From an uncultured Mesorhizobium sp. (GTDB lineage Bacteria; Pseudomonadota; Alphaproteobacteria; Rhizobiales; Rhizobiaceae): a stretch of DNA of 64,000 bases. Location: positions 8,617-72,616 of the forward strand of contig CALFXR010000065.1 in NCBI GenBank assembly GCA_937958475.1, written 5' to 3'. This document shows positions 54,975 through 64,000 of this stretch, one piece after another. Numbering within the stretch: the stretch's first letter is position 1; each line of letters starts with the position of its first letter. The position numbers and the translations under genes are program-made. A model generated the notes under the pieces. The model was given only the letters and a program-made list of their open reading frames with translations, did no database searches and was not told where the DNA came from.

Positions 54975-57608
54975 ATGGCAACCGAACGATACAATCCCCG
55001 CGCTTCCGAACCTCGCTGGCAGGCGGCCTGGGACGAGGCGAAGCTGTTCGAGACGAAGAACGACGACCCGCGGCCGAAATACTACGTGCTCGAGATGTTC
55101 CCCTATCCGTCGGGGCGCATCCACATGGGCCACGTGCGCAACTACACGATGGGCGACGTGGTCGCACGCTGGCGCCGCGCCATGGGCCACAACGTGCTGC
55201 ACCCGATGGGCTGGGACGCCTTCGGCCTGCCGGCCGAGAACGCCGCGCGCGACAACCGCGTCAATCCGCGCGACTGGACCTACAAGAACATCGAGACGAT
55301 GAAGGGCCAGCTGAAGACGATGGGCCTGTCGCTCGACTGGGCTCGCGAACTTGCCACCTGCGATCCCTCCTACTATCGCCACCAGCAGAAGATGTTCCTC
55401 GACTTCTGGAAGGCCGGCCTGGCCGAGCGCAAGTCGGCCAAGGTCAACTGGGATCCGGTCGACATGACCGTGCTCGCCAACGAGCAGGTCATCGACGGCA
55501 AGGGCTGGCGCTCGGGTGCCGCGGTCGAGCTGCGCGACCTGACCCAGTGGTTCTTCAAGATCACCTCGATGAGCCAGGATCTGCTCGACGGCCTCGACAG
55601 GCTTGACCGCTGGCCCGACAAGGTCAAGCTGATGCAGGCCAACTGGATCGGCCGCTCCGAGGGCCTGCTGATCCGCTGGCCGCTCGCGGCCGGCACCGCG
55701 CCCGCGGGCGAGACCGAGCTCGAGGTCTACACGACGCGCCCCGACACGATCTTCGGCGCCTCCTTCATGGCGATCGCCGCCGACCATCCGCTGGCCCGGG
55801 CGGCCGCGGAGAAGAACGCGGCGCTGCAGGCCTTCATCGACGACCTCAAGAGGCGCGGCACCTCGGCGGCCGAGATCGAGACCGCCGAGAAGATGGGTTT
55901 CGATACCGGGATCCGCGTCGTCCATCCCTTCGACGACGGCTGGACGATGCCGGTCTACGTCGCCAACTTCGTGCTGATGGACTACGGCACCGGCGCCATC
56001 TTCGGCTGCCCGTCGGGCGACCAGCGCGACCTCGACTTCGCCAACAAGTACGGCCTGCCGGTCGTGCCGGTGGTCATGCCGGAAGGCGGGGATGCCGCGA
56101 CGTTCCGCATCACGGAAGTGGCCTATGTCGACGACGGCGTGATGATCAACTCGCGTTTCCTCGACGGCATGAAGCCGAAGGAGGCCTTCGACCGCGTCGC
56201 CGACCTGCTCGGCGGGAAGGAGATCGGCGGCCGGCCGATGGGCGAGCGCAAGGTGCAGTTCCGCCTGCGCGACTGGCTGATCTCGCGCCAGCGCTACTGG
56301 GGCTGCCCGATCCCGGTCATCCATTGCGATTCCTGCGGCTCGGTGCCCGTGCCGGACGACCAGCTGCCGGTCGAGCTGCCGGCCGACGTCTCCTTCGACA
56401 AGCCCGGCAATCCGCTCGACCACCATCCCACGTGGAAGCACGCGGCCTGCCCGAAATGCGGCAAGCCGGCGCGACGCGACACCGACACGATGGACACGTT
56501 CGTCGATTCGTCCTGGTATTTCGCCCGCTTCACCGATCCTTGGAACGAGGAACGTCCGACCGACCTCGCCCATGTCGACGGTCCCGGCGGCTGGCTGCCG
56601 GTCAACCAGTACATCGGCGGCATCGAGCACGCGATTTTGCACCTGCTCTACTCGCGCTTCTTCGCCCGCGCCATGAAGGCGACGGGGCATCTCAACGCCG
56701 TCGAGGAGCCGTTCGAGGGCCTTTTTACCCAAGGGATGGTGGTCCACGAGACCTATCGCGGCCCGAACGGCTGGGTGACGCCGGCGGAGGTCAGGATCAC
56801 GGAATCCGACGGCAAGCGGAGCGCCGCTCTCGCCGTCGACGGCACACCGGTCGAAATCGGCTCGATCGAGAAGATGTCGAAGTCGAAGAAGAACGTGGTC
56901 GACCCCGACGACATCATCGCCTCCTACGGCGCCGACACCGCGCGCTGGTTCGTGCTTTCGGATTCGCCGCCCGAGCGCGACGTCATCTGGACCGAGGCCG
57001 GCGTCGAGGGCGCCCACCGCTTCGTCCAGCGCGTCTGGCGCCTGGTCTCGGAGGCCGCCGAAGCCCTGGCCGCCGCCAGCCCCGCCGCCGCCCGCGAAGG
57101 TGTCGCCGGCGAGGTGTCGAAGGCCGCGCACAAGACGCTGAAGGCCGTCGGCGAGGAGATCGCCCGTCTCGGCTTCAACAAGGCGGTCGCGCGCCTCTAC
57201 GAACTGGTCAACGCGCTTCAGGCGCCCCTGTCCGACATGGCCGCCGGCAAGGCCGACGCGGCGACGGCGGGCGCGGTCCGCCAGTCCATCGACTTTCTCA
57301 TCGCCATGATCGCGCCGATGACGCCGCATCTGGCCGAGGAGTGCTGGGCGGCGATCGGCGGCAAGGGTCTTGCGGCCGAGCGCCCCTGGCCGGACTTCGA
57401 CCCTTCGCTGGTCGTCGACACCGAGATCACCTACCCGGTCCAGGTCAACGGCAAGAAGCGCGGGGATTTGACAATCGCGCGCGACGCGGATCAAGTTGCG
57501 GTGGAGAAGGCGGCGCTGGCGCTCGAGGCGGTGCAGAAGGCTCTCGACGGCAAGCCGCCGCGCAAAGTCATCGTGGTGCCGCAGAGAATCGTCAATGTGG
57601 TCGCCTGA
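54975..57608 (+). CDS. leuS: leucine--tRNA ligase
   Basis: [26 protein letters not shown]...[21 protein letters not shown] (HIGH motif)...KMSKSKKN (KMSKS motif), 877 aa. Confidence 0.97.
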   Translation: MATERYNPRASEPRWQAAWDEAKLFETKNDDPRPKYYVLEMFPYPSGRIHMGHVRNYTMGDVVARWRRAMGHNVLHPMGWDAFGLPAENAARDNRVNPRDWTYKNIETMKGQLKTMGLSLDWARELATCDPSYYRHQQKMFLDFWKAGLAERKSAKVNWDPVDMTVLANEQVIDGKGWRSGAAVELRDLTQWFFKITSMSQDLLDGLDRLDRWPDKVKLMQANWIGRSEGLLIRWPLAAGTAPAGETELEVYTTRPDTIFGASFMAIAADHPLARAAAEKNAALQAFIDDLKRRGTSAAEIETAEKMGFDTGIRVVHPFDDGWTMPVYVANFVLMDYGTGAIFGCPSGDQRDLDFANKYGLPVVPVVMPEGGDAATFRITEVAYVDDGVMINSRFLDGMKPKEAFDRVADLLGGKEIGGRPMGERKVQFRLRDWLISRQRYWGCPIPVIHCDSCGSVPVPDDQLPVELPADVSFDKPGNPLDHHPTWKHAACPKCGKPARRDTDTMDTFVDSSWYFARFTDPWNEERPTDLAHVDGPGGWLPVNQYIGGIEHAILHLLYSRFFARAMKATGHLNAVEEPFEGLFTQGMVVHETYRGPNGWVTPAEVRITESDGKRSAALAVDGTPVEIGSIEKMSKSKKNVVDPDDIIASYGADTARWFVLSDSPPERDVIWTEAGVEGAHRFVQRVWRLVSEAAEALAAASPAAAREGVAGEVSKAAHKTLKAVGEEIARLGFNKAVARLYELVNALQAPLSDMAAGKADAATAGAVRQSIDFLIAMIAPMTPHLAEECWAAIGGKGLAAERPWPDFDPSLVVDTEITYPVQVNGKKRGDLTIARDADQVAVEKAALALEAVQKALDGKPPRKVIVVPQRIVNVVA

Positions 57609-57623
57609 TCGGAGGATCTGCGC

Positions 57624-58160
57624 GTGAATCGAATCGCCCGACCGGCACTGGCCCTAGGCCTCCTCGCGGCTCTCGCGGCCTTTCCGGCATGCACGGCGCG
57701 CCCGCTCTACTCCAGCGCGCCGGCGACCTCGGGCGGCACCGCCACGATGAGCGAGGAACTGGCCTCGATCGCCATCAAGCCGGTGACGACGCGCGAGGCC
57801 CAGCAGGTCCGCAACCACCTGATGTTCCTTTTCTACGGCGGCGCGGCCCAGCCGGCCAGCCCGGCCTACTCGCTGTCGCTCGTCGTTTCGTCGCGGGTCG
57901 AGGTGACCGCATCGATCCAGCGGACGACGGAGGACGAGGAACCGACGGCCAAGACCGTCACCATGACAGGCCGATACGGGCTCCTCGCGGCCGACGGCAC
58001 GGAGGTCGCCTCCGGACGCCGGCAGATCGCCTCGTCCTACGACGTCCCGAGCCAGGAATTCGCCGCGCTGCGCGCCGAGCGCGACGCACAGGACCGCTCG
58101 GCCCGCGAACTCGCTGAGCTGCTGCGCCTCGCCATCGCCCAGGACATCGCGGCCCGGTAG
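57624..58160 (+). CDS. lptE: LPS-assembly lipoprotein LptE
   Basis: It starts 15 nt after the leuS stop (the conserved leuS-lptE pairing). GTG start, lipobox LAAFPAC, size about 180 aa. Sequence similarity itself is weak, as is usual for LptE. Confidence 0.7.
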   Translation: MNRIARPALALGLLAALAAFPACTARPLYSSAPATSGGTATMSEELASIAIKPVTTREAQQVRNHLMFLFYGGAAQPASPAYSLSLVVSSRVEVTASIQRTTEDEEPTAKTVTMTGRYGLLAADGTEVASGRRQIASSYDVPSQEFAALRAERDAQDRSARELAELLRLAIAQDIAAR

Positions 58161-58254
58161 TCTGGAAGGAACTGTTCCGCGCCGCCGCAGTTACGATTGA
58201 ACGCATTCCCCCAAGTCTACCTCCTCCTCTAAGACGGGAACGGAGTTTGACCGC

Positions 58255-59148
58255 ATGGTTTCGACGTCGGGTTCCCCCCTTCCGGCGGGCACGGCAGCCG
58301 GACATGCCGCGGATCGGCGCGTGGATCCGCATATCGTCGACCAGCTGATCGACGAACGTTCCGTCCGCCTCTCGCGACATCGGCTCTGGCCTCTCGTCAG
58401 GCCGGCCCTTCTCCGCTTCTTCCACTACCGCGAGGCGTTGCGCATGTGCGACGACATCTCGCGCCTGTCGGGCCGGGACGCGCTGGCCCATCTCAGCGGG
58501 CTGCTCGAGCTCGACCTTTCCGTCGAGGGCGCCGAGAATATCCCGGCCTCGGGCGGCTTCATCCTCGCGCCCAACCATCCGACCGGTATCGCCGACGGCA
58601 TCGCCGTCTTCGACCTGCTGAAGGACCGCCGCCCCGACATGGCGATCTTCGCCAATCGCGACGCCATCCGCGCCGCGCCGGGTTTCCGCGACGTGCTCAT
58701 CCCGGTCGAGTGGCGGGCGGGCGAAAAGAGCCACGCCAAGAGCAGGGACACGCTGGAAGAGACGGCGCGCGCCTTCGCCCAGCAGAAGGCCGTCGTCCTG
58801 TTCCCCTCCGGCCGCATCGCCTACTGGAACGACGGTGCGCTGACCGAGCGGCCGTGGCAGAACTCCGTCGTCGCGCTGGCCAGGCGCTACGGCTTCCCGA
58901 TCGTCCCGGCGAACATGACCGCGCGCAATTCCGGGCTGTTCTATCTCCTGTCGCGCTTTTCCACGGAACTGCGCGACATCACCATCTTCCACGAGTTCCT
59001 CAACAAGAAGCGGCAGCCCTTCTCGATCGTCGTCGGCCGCCCGATCCCGCCCCAGGCGCTCGCCGGCGACGCCGCTTCCGTCACCGCCAGGCTCCAGCAT
59101 CACACCGTGGCGCGCCTGCGCCATGATCGGCACGCCGAGTTCGCCTGA
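58255..59148 (+). CDS. acyltransferase (PlsC/lysophospholipid acyltransferase-like)
   Basis: FILAPNHPTGIADGIAVF resembles the NHxxxxD acyltransferase box (spacing differs by one residue). VVLFPSGRIA resembles the downstream PEG-type box. The exact substrate is unknown. Confidence 0.6.
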   Translation: MVSTSGSPLPAGTAAGHAADRRVDPHIVDQLIDERSVRLSRHRLWPLVRPALLRFFHYREALRMCDDISRLSGRDALAHLSGLLELDLSVEGAENIPASGGFILAPNHPTGIADGIAVFDLLKDRRPDMAIFANRDAIRAAPGFRDVLIPVEWRAGEKSHAKSRDTLEETARAFAQQKAVVLFPSGRIAYWNDGALTERPWQNSVVALARRYGFPIVPANMTARNSGLFYLLSRFSTELRDITIFHEFLNKKRQPFSIVVGRPIPPQALAGDAASVTARLQHHTVARLRHDRHAEFA

Positions 59149-59187
59149 AGCGTCAGGCTTTGCGGCCGGGCACGCGCGGCCGGCCGC

Positions 59188-60000
59188 TCAGCGCAGCGTC
59201 ACGGACAGTCCGGGAAGCGGGTAGTTCTCGATCGCGGTCGCCCAGGTCTCGCCGGCACGGACGGGAAAGGCCCGGGTCATCGTGCCCGTCGTCACCATCT
59301 CGCCGGCGGCGAGCGGCGGGTTGAACGGGTCGTCGGCAAGCACCGCGACGAGGTGCGCCAGCGCCTGGACCGGTCCGTCGAGCACGTTGGCGCCCGATCC
59401 GCCGTCGACCGTCGCGCCATTGCGAAGAAGCGTCACGCGAAGCGCGGAAAGGTCCGCCGCAAGGGTCGCCCGCTCCGCGTCGGAAAGGCGATGCCGCGGC
59501 CCGACCAGCAGCGCACCGTGCAATCCGCCGTCGGCGATGCAGTCGGCGGCGGCGAAAGTCCAGCCGGGATAGATCGACTGGACGATCTCGAAGCCGTGCG
59601 CCACCCAGTCGATGGCGCCGGCGATAGCCGCGAGGTCCATGCCCGGATGAAGATCGCGGCCGATGCCGAGCACGATTTCCGGCTCGATGCGCGGCTCCGG
59701 AAGGTGGGATATCCGGATCGTCTCGCCCGGCGACACGTCGCGCACGGTCGTGTCGTACATATGGCCCCAGATCGGCGCGTAGACGCCGTACTCGTCCCAG
59801 ATGCCGCGGTTGGTGAAGCCGATCTTGCGGCCGACGGGCGTTTCGCCGCGAGCGACGCGGAGGGCGCGCAGCGCGGCGATCACCGGCCGCGCCGTGTCGA
59901 CGTCGAAGGCCGCATCGCTGGCGACGAACGGGGCGATCTGCCGTCCCGCGTCGAGCGCGGCGAGGGTCTCGGCCGCGATCTCCGACGGCGACGCCGGCAT
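59188..60000 (-). CDS. 2-oxopent-4-enoate hydratase-like (MhpD/HpcG, FAH superfamily) protein
   Basis: The last 270 aa of ORF 59188..60378 (MPASPSEIAAETLAALDAGRQIAPF...GRKIGFTNRGIWDEYGV...PRIEPEIV...GEMVTTGT). The start is 2 nt after the tal stop. Confidence 0.75.
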   Translation of the reverse strand: MPASPSEIAAETLAALDAGRQIAPFVASDAAFDVDTARPVIAALRALRVARGETPVGRKIGFTNRGIWDEYGVYAPIWGHMYDTTVRDVSPGETIRISHLPEPRIEPEIVLGIGRDLHPGMDLAAIAGAIDWVAHGFEIVQSIYPGWTFAAADCIADGGLHGALLVGPRHRLSDAERATLAADLSALRVTLLRNGATVDGGSGANVLDGPVQALAHLVAVLADDPFNPPLAAGEMVTTGTMTRAFPVRAGETWATAIENYPLPGLSVTLR

Positions 60001-60002
60001 GG

Positions 60003-60656
60003 TCAGCCGATCTTCTGCCCGGTCTTCGCCCAGTCGGCGAGGAACATCTCCAGGCCCTTGTCGGTCAGCGGATGCTTGACCAGCGCGCGCAGCGTCGCCG
60101 GGGGCGCTGTCACGACATGCGCGCCAATCATCGCGGCCTGCTTGACGTGGTTCACGGTGCGCACCGACGCGACGAGGATCTCGGTGGCGAAATCGTAGTT
60201 CTCGTAGATCTGCTTGATCTCGGCAATCAGGTCCATGCCCTCGCTGCCGGTGTCGTCGACGCGGCCGACGAAGGGCGAGATGAAGCTGGCGCCGGCCTTG
60301 GCGGCGAGCAGCGCCTGGTTGGCGGAGAAGCACAGCGTCACGTTGACCTGGCGGCCGTCGGAACGGATCGCCTTGCATGCCTTCAACCCGTCGAGGGTCA
60401 GCGGCACCTTGATGCAGACATTGTCGGCGATCTTGGCGAGGATCTTGGCTTCCCGCATCATCTCCGTGTAGTCGGTCGCCACCACCTCGGCCGAAACCGG
60501 CCCGTCGACGATGTCGCAGATCTGCTTCGTCACCTCGGCGATGTTGCCGCCGGACTTCAGGATCAGGGACGGGTTCGTCGTGACCCCGTCGAGCAGGCCG
60601 AGATCGTTGAGTTCGCGGATTTCCTTGACGTCCGCCGTGTCGACGAAGAATTTCAT
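60003..60656 (-). CDS. tal: transaldolase, short (Fsa/TalC-like) type
   Basis: [32 protein letters not shown]...KVPLT..GL.A...L...[27 protein letters not shown], 217 aa. Confidence 0.92.
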   Translation of the reverse strand: MKFFVDTADVKEIRELNDLGLLDGVTTNPSLILKSGGNIAEVTKQICDIVDGPVSAEVVATDYTEMMREAKILAKIADNVCIKVPLTLDGLKACKAIRSDGRQVNVTLCFSANQALLAAKAGASFISPFVGRVDDTGSEGMDLIAEIKQIYENYDFATEILVASVRTVNHVKQAAMIGAHVVTAPPATLRALVKHPLTDKGLEMFLADWAKTGQKIG

Positions 60657-60744
60657 CGTATTCTCCCTGAGGATGGCCGGCGGCCGGGGCCGCTCCGCTT
60701 TGTGGACTTTGCTCTAGCGGAAGTTCGGGGCAAGGTCACGCCCG

Positions 60745-62928
60745 ATGAAACCAGATTCGCCGAAAAGGAAGGCGGTGCCGGTACTCGTGCCGATGCCGGC
60801 CGACCGTCCCTATTCCTATGCCGTGCCCGAGGGCGAGACCGCCGTCGCGGGCGCGATCGTGCGCGTGCCACTCGGACCGCGCGAAGTCGCCGGCGTCGTC
60901 TGGGACGGCGCGGCGGAGACCGTCGACGCGAGGAAACTGCGGCCGATCTCGCAGATCTTCGACTGCCCGCCGATCGACGAGCCGACGCGGCGCTTCATCG
61001 ACTGGGTCGCCGCCTACACGCTGTCGCCGCCCGGCATGGTGGCGCGCATGCTGCTGCGTGCGCCGGAGGCCTTCGATCCCGAGCCCCCCATAGAGGGCAT
61101 CGTCATGACCGATCAGGCGCCGGACCGCGTCACGCCGGCTCGGCGGCGCGTGCTGGAACTCGCCGGCGACCGCCTCGCCTGGACGCGCTCCGGTCTCGCC
61201 CATGCCGCCGGCGTGTCGCTGACCGTCGTCGACGGCCTGAAAGCCCAGGGCGTGTTCGAGGCGACGCTGATCCCGCCCCGCCCCGTGGTCGCCCCGCCCG
61301 ACCCCGACTACGCCGTCCCCGAACTGACGCCCGATCAGCGCGGCGCCGCCGATGCGCTGCGCGCGAGCGCGGGGAAGGGCGGCTTCGGCGTGACACTGGT
61401 CGACGGCGTCACCGGCTCGGGCAAGACCGAGGTCTATTTCGAGGCCGTCGCCGCGGCGTTGCGAGCCGGCCGGCAAGTGCTCATCCTCTTGCCCGAGATT
61501 GCGCTGACGCAGGTCTTTCTCGAGCGGTTTCATGCCCGCTTCGGGACGAAGCCCGCCGAATGGCACTCCGACCTGCCGCCGAAGATGCGCGAGCGGGTCT
61601 GGCGGCAGGTCGCCGAGGGCGGGGTGCGGGTGGTCGCCGGCGCCCGTTCGGCACTGTTCCTGCCGTTCCGCGATCTCGGCCTGATCGTCGTCGACGAGGA
61701 GCACGACCCCGCCTACAAGCAGGAGGACCGCGTCTTCTACAACGCCCGCGACATGGCCGTCGTGCGCGCCCGCATCGGCGGCTTCCCCGTCGTGCTCGCC
61801 TCGGCGACGCCGTCGTTGGAGAGCCGGGTCAACGCGCTGCAGGGCCGCTACGAGCGCATCGTGCTGCCAGGCCGCTATGCCGATGCGGCACTCCCCGACA
61901 TCCGCGCCGTCGACCTGCGGCGCGCGCCGCCCCTGCGCGGCGGCTTCCTGTCGCCGGTGCTCCTCAAGGCGGTCGGTGACACGCTTGCCCGCGGCGAGCA
62001 GTCGCTGCTCTTCCTCAACCGGCGCGGCTACGCGCCGCTGACGCTTTGCCGGGTCTGCGGCCACCGCTTCCAGTGCCCCTCCTGCTCGGCCTGGCTGGTC
62101 GAGCACCGCTTCCGCGGCCAGCTCGTCTGCCACCATTGCGGCCATTCCGAGCCGCGGCCGGAGGCCTGCCCGGAATGCGGCACGCTCGACCATCTCGTCG
62201 CCTGCGGGCCCGGCGTCGAGCGCATCGCCGAGGAGGTCGTCGGCCACTTCCCCGACGCGCGCACGATCGTGCTCTCCTCCGACATGCTCGGCGGCGTGCG
62301 CCGCCTCAGGCTCGAGCTCGAGGCCATCGCCAAGGGCGACGTCGACATCGTCATCGGCACGCAGCTCGTCGCCAAGGGTCACAACTTCCCCAACATGACC
62401 CTGGTCGGCGTCGTCGACGCCGATCTCGGCCTCGCCAACGGCGATCCGCGCGCCGCCGAGCGCACCTTCCAGCTGCTGTCGCAGGTCACCGGGCGCGCGG
62501 GGCGCACCGGCAAGAAGAGCGTCGGCCTCCTGCAGACCTACCAGCCCGACCATCCGGTCATGCAGGCGATCGTCTCCGGCGATGCCGAGGCCTTCTACGA
62601 GCGCGAGACGGCGGAACGCGAGAAGTCGCACCTGCCGCCCTTCGGCCGGCTCGCCGGCATCATCGTCAGCGCGGCGACCCGCGCCGAGGCCGAAGGCCAT
62701 GCGCGGGGCCTGCGCCGCGCCGCGCCGCCGTCGACCGACATCCAGGTGCTGGGGCCGGCGGAGGCGCCGCTCGCCATGGTCGGCGGCCGCCATCGCTTCC
62801 GCCTGCTCGTCCACGGCGAGCGCCGCTCGGACATGCAGGCCTTCCTGCGCGCCCTGCTCGCGGCCGGGCCGAAACCGCGCGGTTCGGTCAGGGTGCAGGT
62901 CGACATCGATCCGCAGAGCTTCCTCTAG
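60745..62928 (+). CDS. priA: primosomal protein N' (replication restart helicase PriA)
   Basis: Walker A is GVTGSGKTEVY. DEEH box IVVDEEHD. Cys-rich zinc region CRVCGHRFQCPSCSAWLVEH...CHHCGHSEPRPEACPECG. 727 aa. Confidence 0.95.
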   Translation: MKPDSPKRKAVPVLVPMPADRPYSYAVPEGETAVAGAIVRVPLGPREVAGVVWDGAAETVDARKLRPISQIFDCPPIDEPTRRFIDWVAAYTLSPPGMVARMLLRAPEAFDPEPPIEGIVMTDQAPDRVTPARRRVLELAGDRLAWTRSGLAHAAGVSLTVVDGLKAQGVFEATLIPPRPVVAPPDPDYAVPELTPDQRGAADALRASAGKGGFGVTLVDGVTGSGKTEVYFEAVAAALRAGRQVLILLPEIALTQVFLERFHARFGTKPAEWHSDLPPKMRERVWRQVAEGGVRVVAGARSALFLPFRDLGLIVVDEEHDPAYKQEDRVFYNARDMAVVRARIGGFPVVLASATPSLESRVNALQGRYERIVLPGRYADAALPDIRAVDLRRAPPLRGGFLSPVLLKAVGDTLARGEQSLLFLNRRGYAPLTLCRVCGHRFQCPSCSAWLVEHRFRGQLVCHHCGHSEPRPEACPECGTLDHLVACGPGVERIAEEVVGHFPDARTIVLSSDMLGGVRRLRLELEAIAKGDVDIVIGTQLVAKGHNFPNMTLVGVVDADLGLANGDPRAAERTFQLLSQVTGRAGRTGKKSVGLLQTYQPDHPVMQAIVSGDAEAFYERETAEREKSHLPPFGRLAGIIVSAATRAEAEGHARGLRRAAPPSTDIQVLGPAEAPLAMVGGRHRFRLLVHGERRSDMQAFLRALLAAGPKPRGSVRVQVDIDPQSFL

Positions 62929-63029
62929 CCCCCGCCCGGCATGATGGTTTCCGCTTGCGGAAACTTTTTCTTGCCGGCCCGATCCTGTCGCGTTAGTTTC
63001 CCTCGAAGGAAACTATTCGGAGGTGCGAC

Positions 63030-63710
63030 ATGACGCTCACCCTCTACGTGCATCCGCTCGCCTCCTTCTGCCACAAGGTGCTGATCGCGCTCTACGAGAA
63101 CGATGTGCCGTTCCGCGCCGTGACCGTCGACTTCGGCGATCCCGATTCGGCCGCGGAGGTCTTCGCGCATTGGCCGGTCGGCAAGATCCCGGTTCTCCAC
63201 GACCGCGAGCCCGACAGGCACCTCGCCGAGACGTCGATCATCATCGAGTACCTGCAGGCACGGCATCCCGGCCCGCTCCGGCTTCTGCCCGACGCCGAGG
63301 AACTGCGGCTCGACGCGCGGCTGTGGGACCGCTTCTTCGACCTCTATGTCAGCCAGCCGATGCAGAAGATCGTCACCGACCGCATCCGCCCCGAAGGTAG
63401 CGCGGATCCCTTCGGCGTCGACGAGGCGCGCGGCATGCTCGACACCGCCTACGCCATGATCGAGCGGCGCATGGCCGGCCGGACCTGGGCCTGCGGCGAC
63501 GACTTCACCATTGCCGACTGCGCCGCCGCGCCCGGCCTGTTCTTCGCCTCGATCGTGCACCCGTTCGCCGTCGACCAGGAGAACCTCGCGGCCTATCTCC
63601 AGCGGCTTCTCGCCCGCCCTTCCATGCAGCGCGTGCTCGCCGAAGCGCGGCCCTTCTTCTCCCTGTTTCCCTACCGCGACGCCATGCCGCCGCAATATCT
63701 CGAGGGGTGA
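63030..63710 (+). CDS. glutathione S-transferase
   Basis: MTLTLYVHPLASFCHKVLIALYENDVPFR...GKIPVLHD...ETSIIIEYL is the thioredoxin-like GST N-domain; a helical C-domain follows. Confidence 0.85.
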   Translation: MTLTLYVHPLASFCHKVLIALYENDVPFRAVTVDFGDPDSAAEVFAHWPVGKIPVLHDREPDRHLAETSIIIEYLQARHPGPLRLLPDAEELRLDARLWDRFFDLYVSQPMQKIVTDRIRPEGSADPFGVDEARGMLDTAYAMIERRMAGRTWACGDDFTIADCAAAPGLFFASIVHPFAVDQENLAAYLQRLLARPSMQRVLAEARPFFSLFPYRDAMPPQYLEG

Positions 63711-63715
63711 GCGGC

Positions 63716-64000
63716 ATGGAGATCCAGCCTCTCGACCGCATCTTCACCGCCCTCGCCGATCCGGCTCGGCGCGGCATGATCGAGCAGCTGAGCCGCGGCC
63801 AGGCCACCGTCAAGGAACTCGCCGCGCCGGCCGGCATGCGCCTGCCATCGGCGCTGAAGCATCTGAGGGTGCTGGAGGAGGGTGGCCTGGTCGTCTCGCG
63901 CAAGGTCGGCCGCACGCGCACCTACGCGATGCGCCGCGAAACGCTCGGCCTGCTCGACGACTGGCTTGAGCGGCGCAAGGCCGCCCACGACGCCGCCTTC
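63716..64000 (+). CDS. ArsR/SmtB family transcriptional regulator (3' end beyond the window)
   Basis: MEIQPLDRIFTALADPARRGMIEQLSRGQATVKELAAPAGMRLPSALKHLRVLEEGGLVVSRKVGRTRTY is the canonical ArsR wHTH. It runs off the window, so it is absent from the ORF track. Confidence 0.85.
   Translation, partial: MEIQPLDRIFTALADPARRGMIEQLSRGQATVKELAAPAGMRLPSALKHLRVLEEGGLVVSRKVGRTRTYAMRRETLGLLDDWLERRKAAHDAAF

Overview
High-GC (about 65-70% by eye) chromosomal segment with gene content and order typical of an alphaproteobacterium, probably Rhizobiales-like. All calls come from reading the ORF translations and the DNA by eye; no searches were run.

Most of the window is ordinary housekeeping DNA:
- a sugar ABC transporter operon ending in ribokinase
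- tRNA-Ala(CGC), yggT/DUF167, ppa and a LemA-TPM-TPM operon
- pyridoxal kinase, beta-carbonic anhydrase, MarR plus an MFS efflux pump, dcp and an aldo/keto reductase
- an M50/CBS protease, typA, the large NAD-glutamate dehydrogenase and htpX
- rsmB-heparinaseII/III-purH, acs, yggS, leuS-lptE, tal, priA and a GST

Many long Arg/Gly/Pro-rich ORFs in the track are antisense or out-of-frame artefacts of the high GC content and were discarded.

The stand-out region is 4790-14024, next to the 3' end of the tRNA-Ala gene. It holds five genes in two divergent units. All five products have Sec-type signal peptides and none has a recognisable enzymatic domain. Four of them are built from one recurring ~70-95 aa module. 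The best-preserved copy (C-terminus of the 412-aa protein) aligns without gaps to the human von Hippel-Lindau (pVHL) beta domain, and the hydroxyproline-pocket residues are retained. The cluster also encodes:
- a 1317-aa protein with nine tandem modules plus a eukaryote-like Cys-rich region
- a hyper-acidic Glu/Pro repeat protein carrying eight E-L-L-P motifs

Smaller oddities:
- a VapC toxin paired with a chimeric antitoxin (YegP/DUF1508 domain plus a VapB-like tail)
- a 22-codon ORF with a 15-nt perfect anti-SD complement and its own intrinsic terminator
- an orphan DnaB C-terminal ATPase
- a perfect 16-bp hairpin that buries a start codon
- several operator-like palindromes
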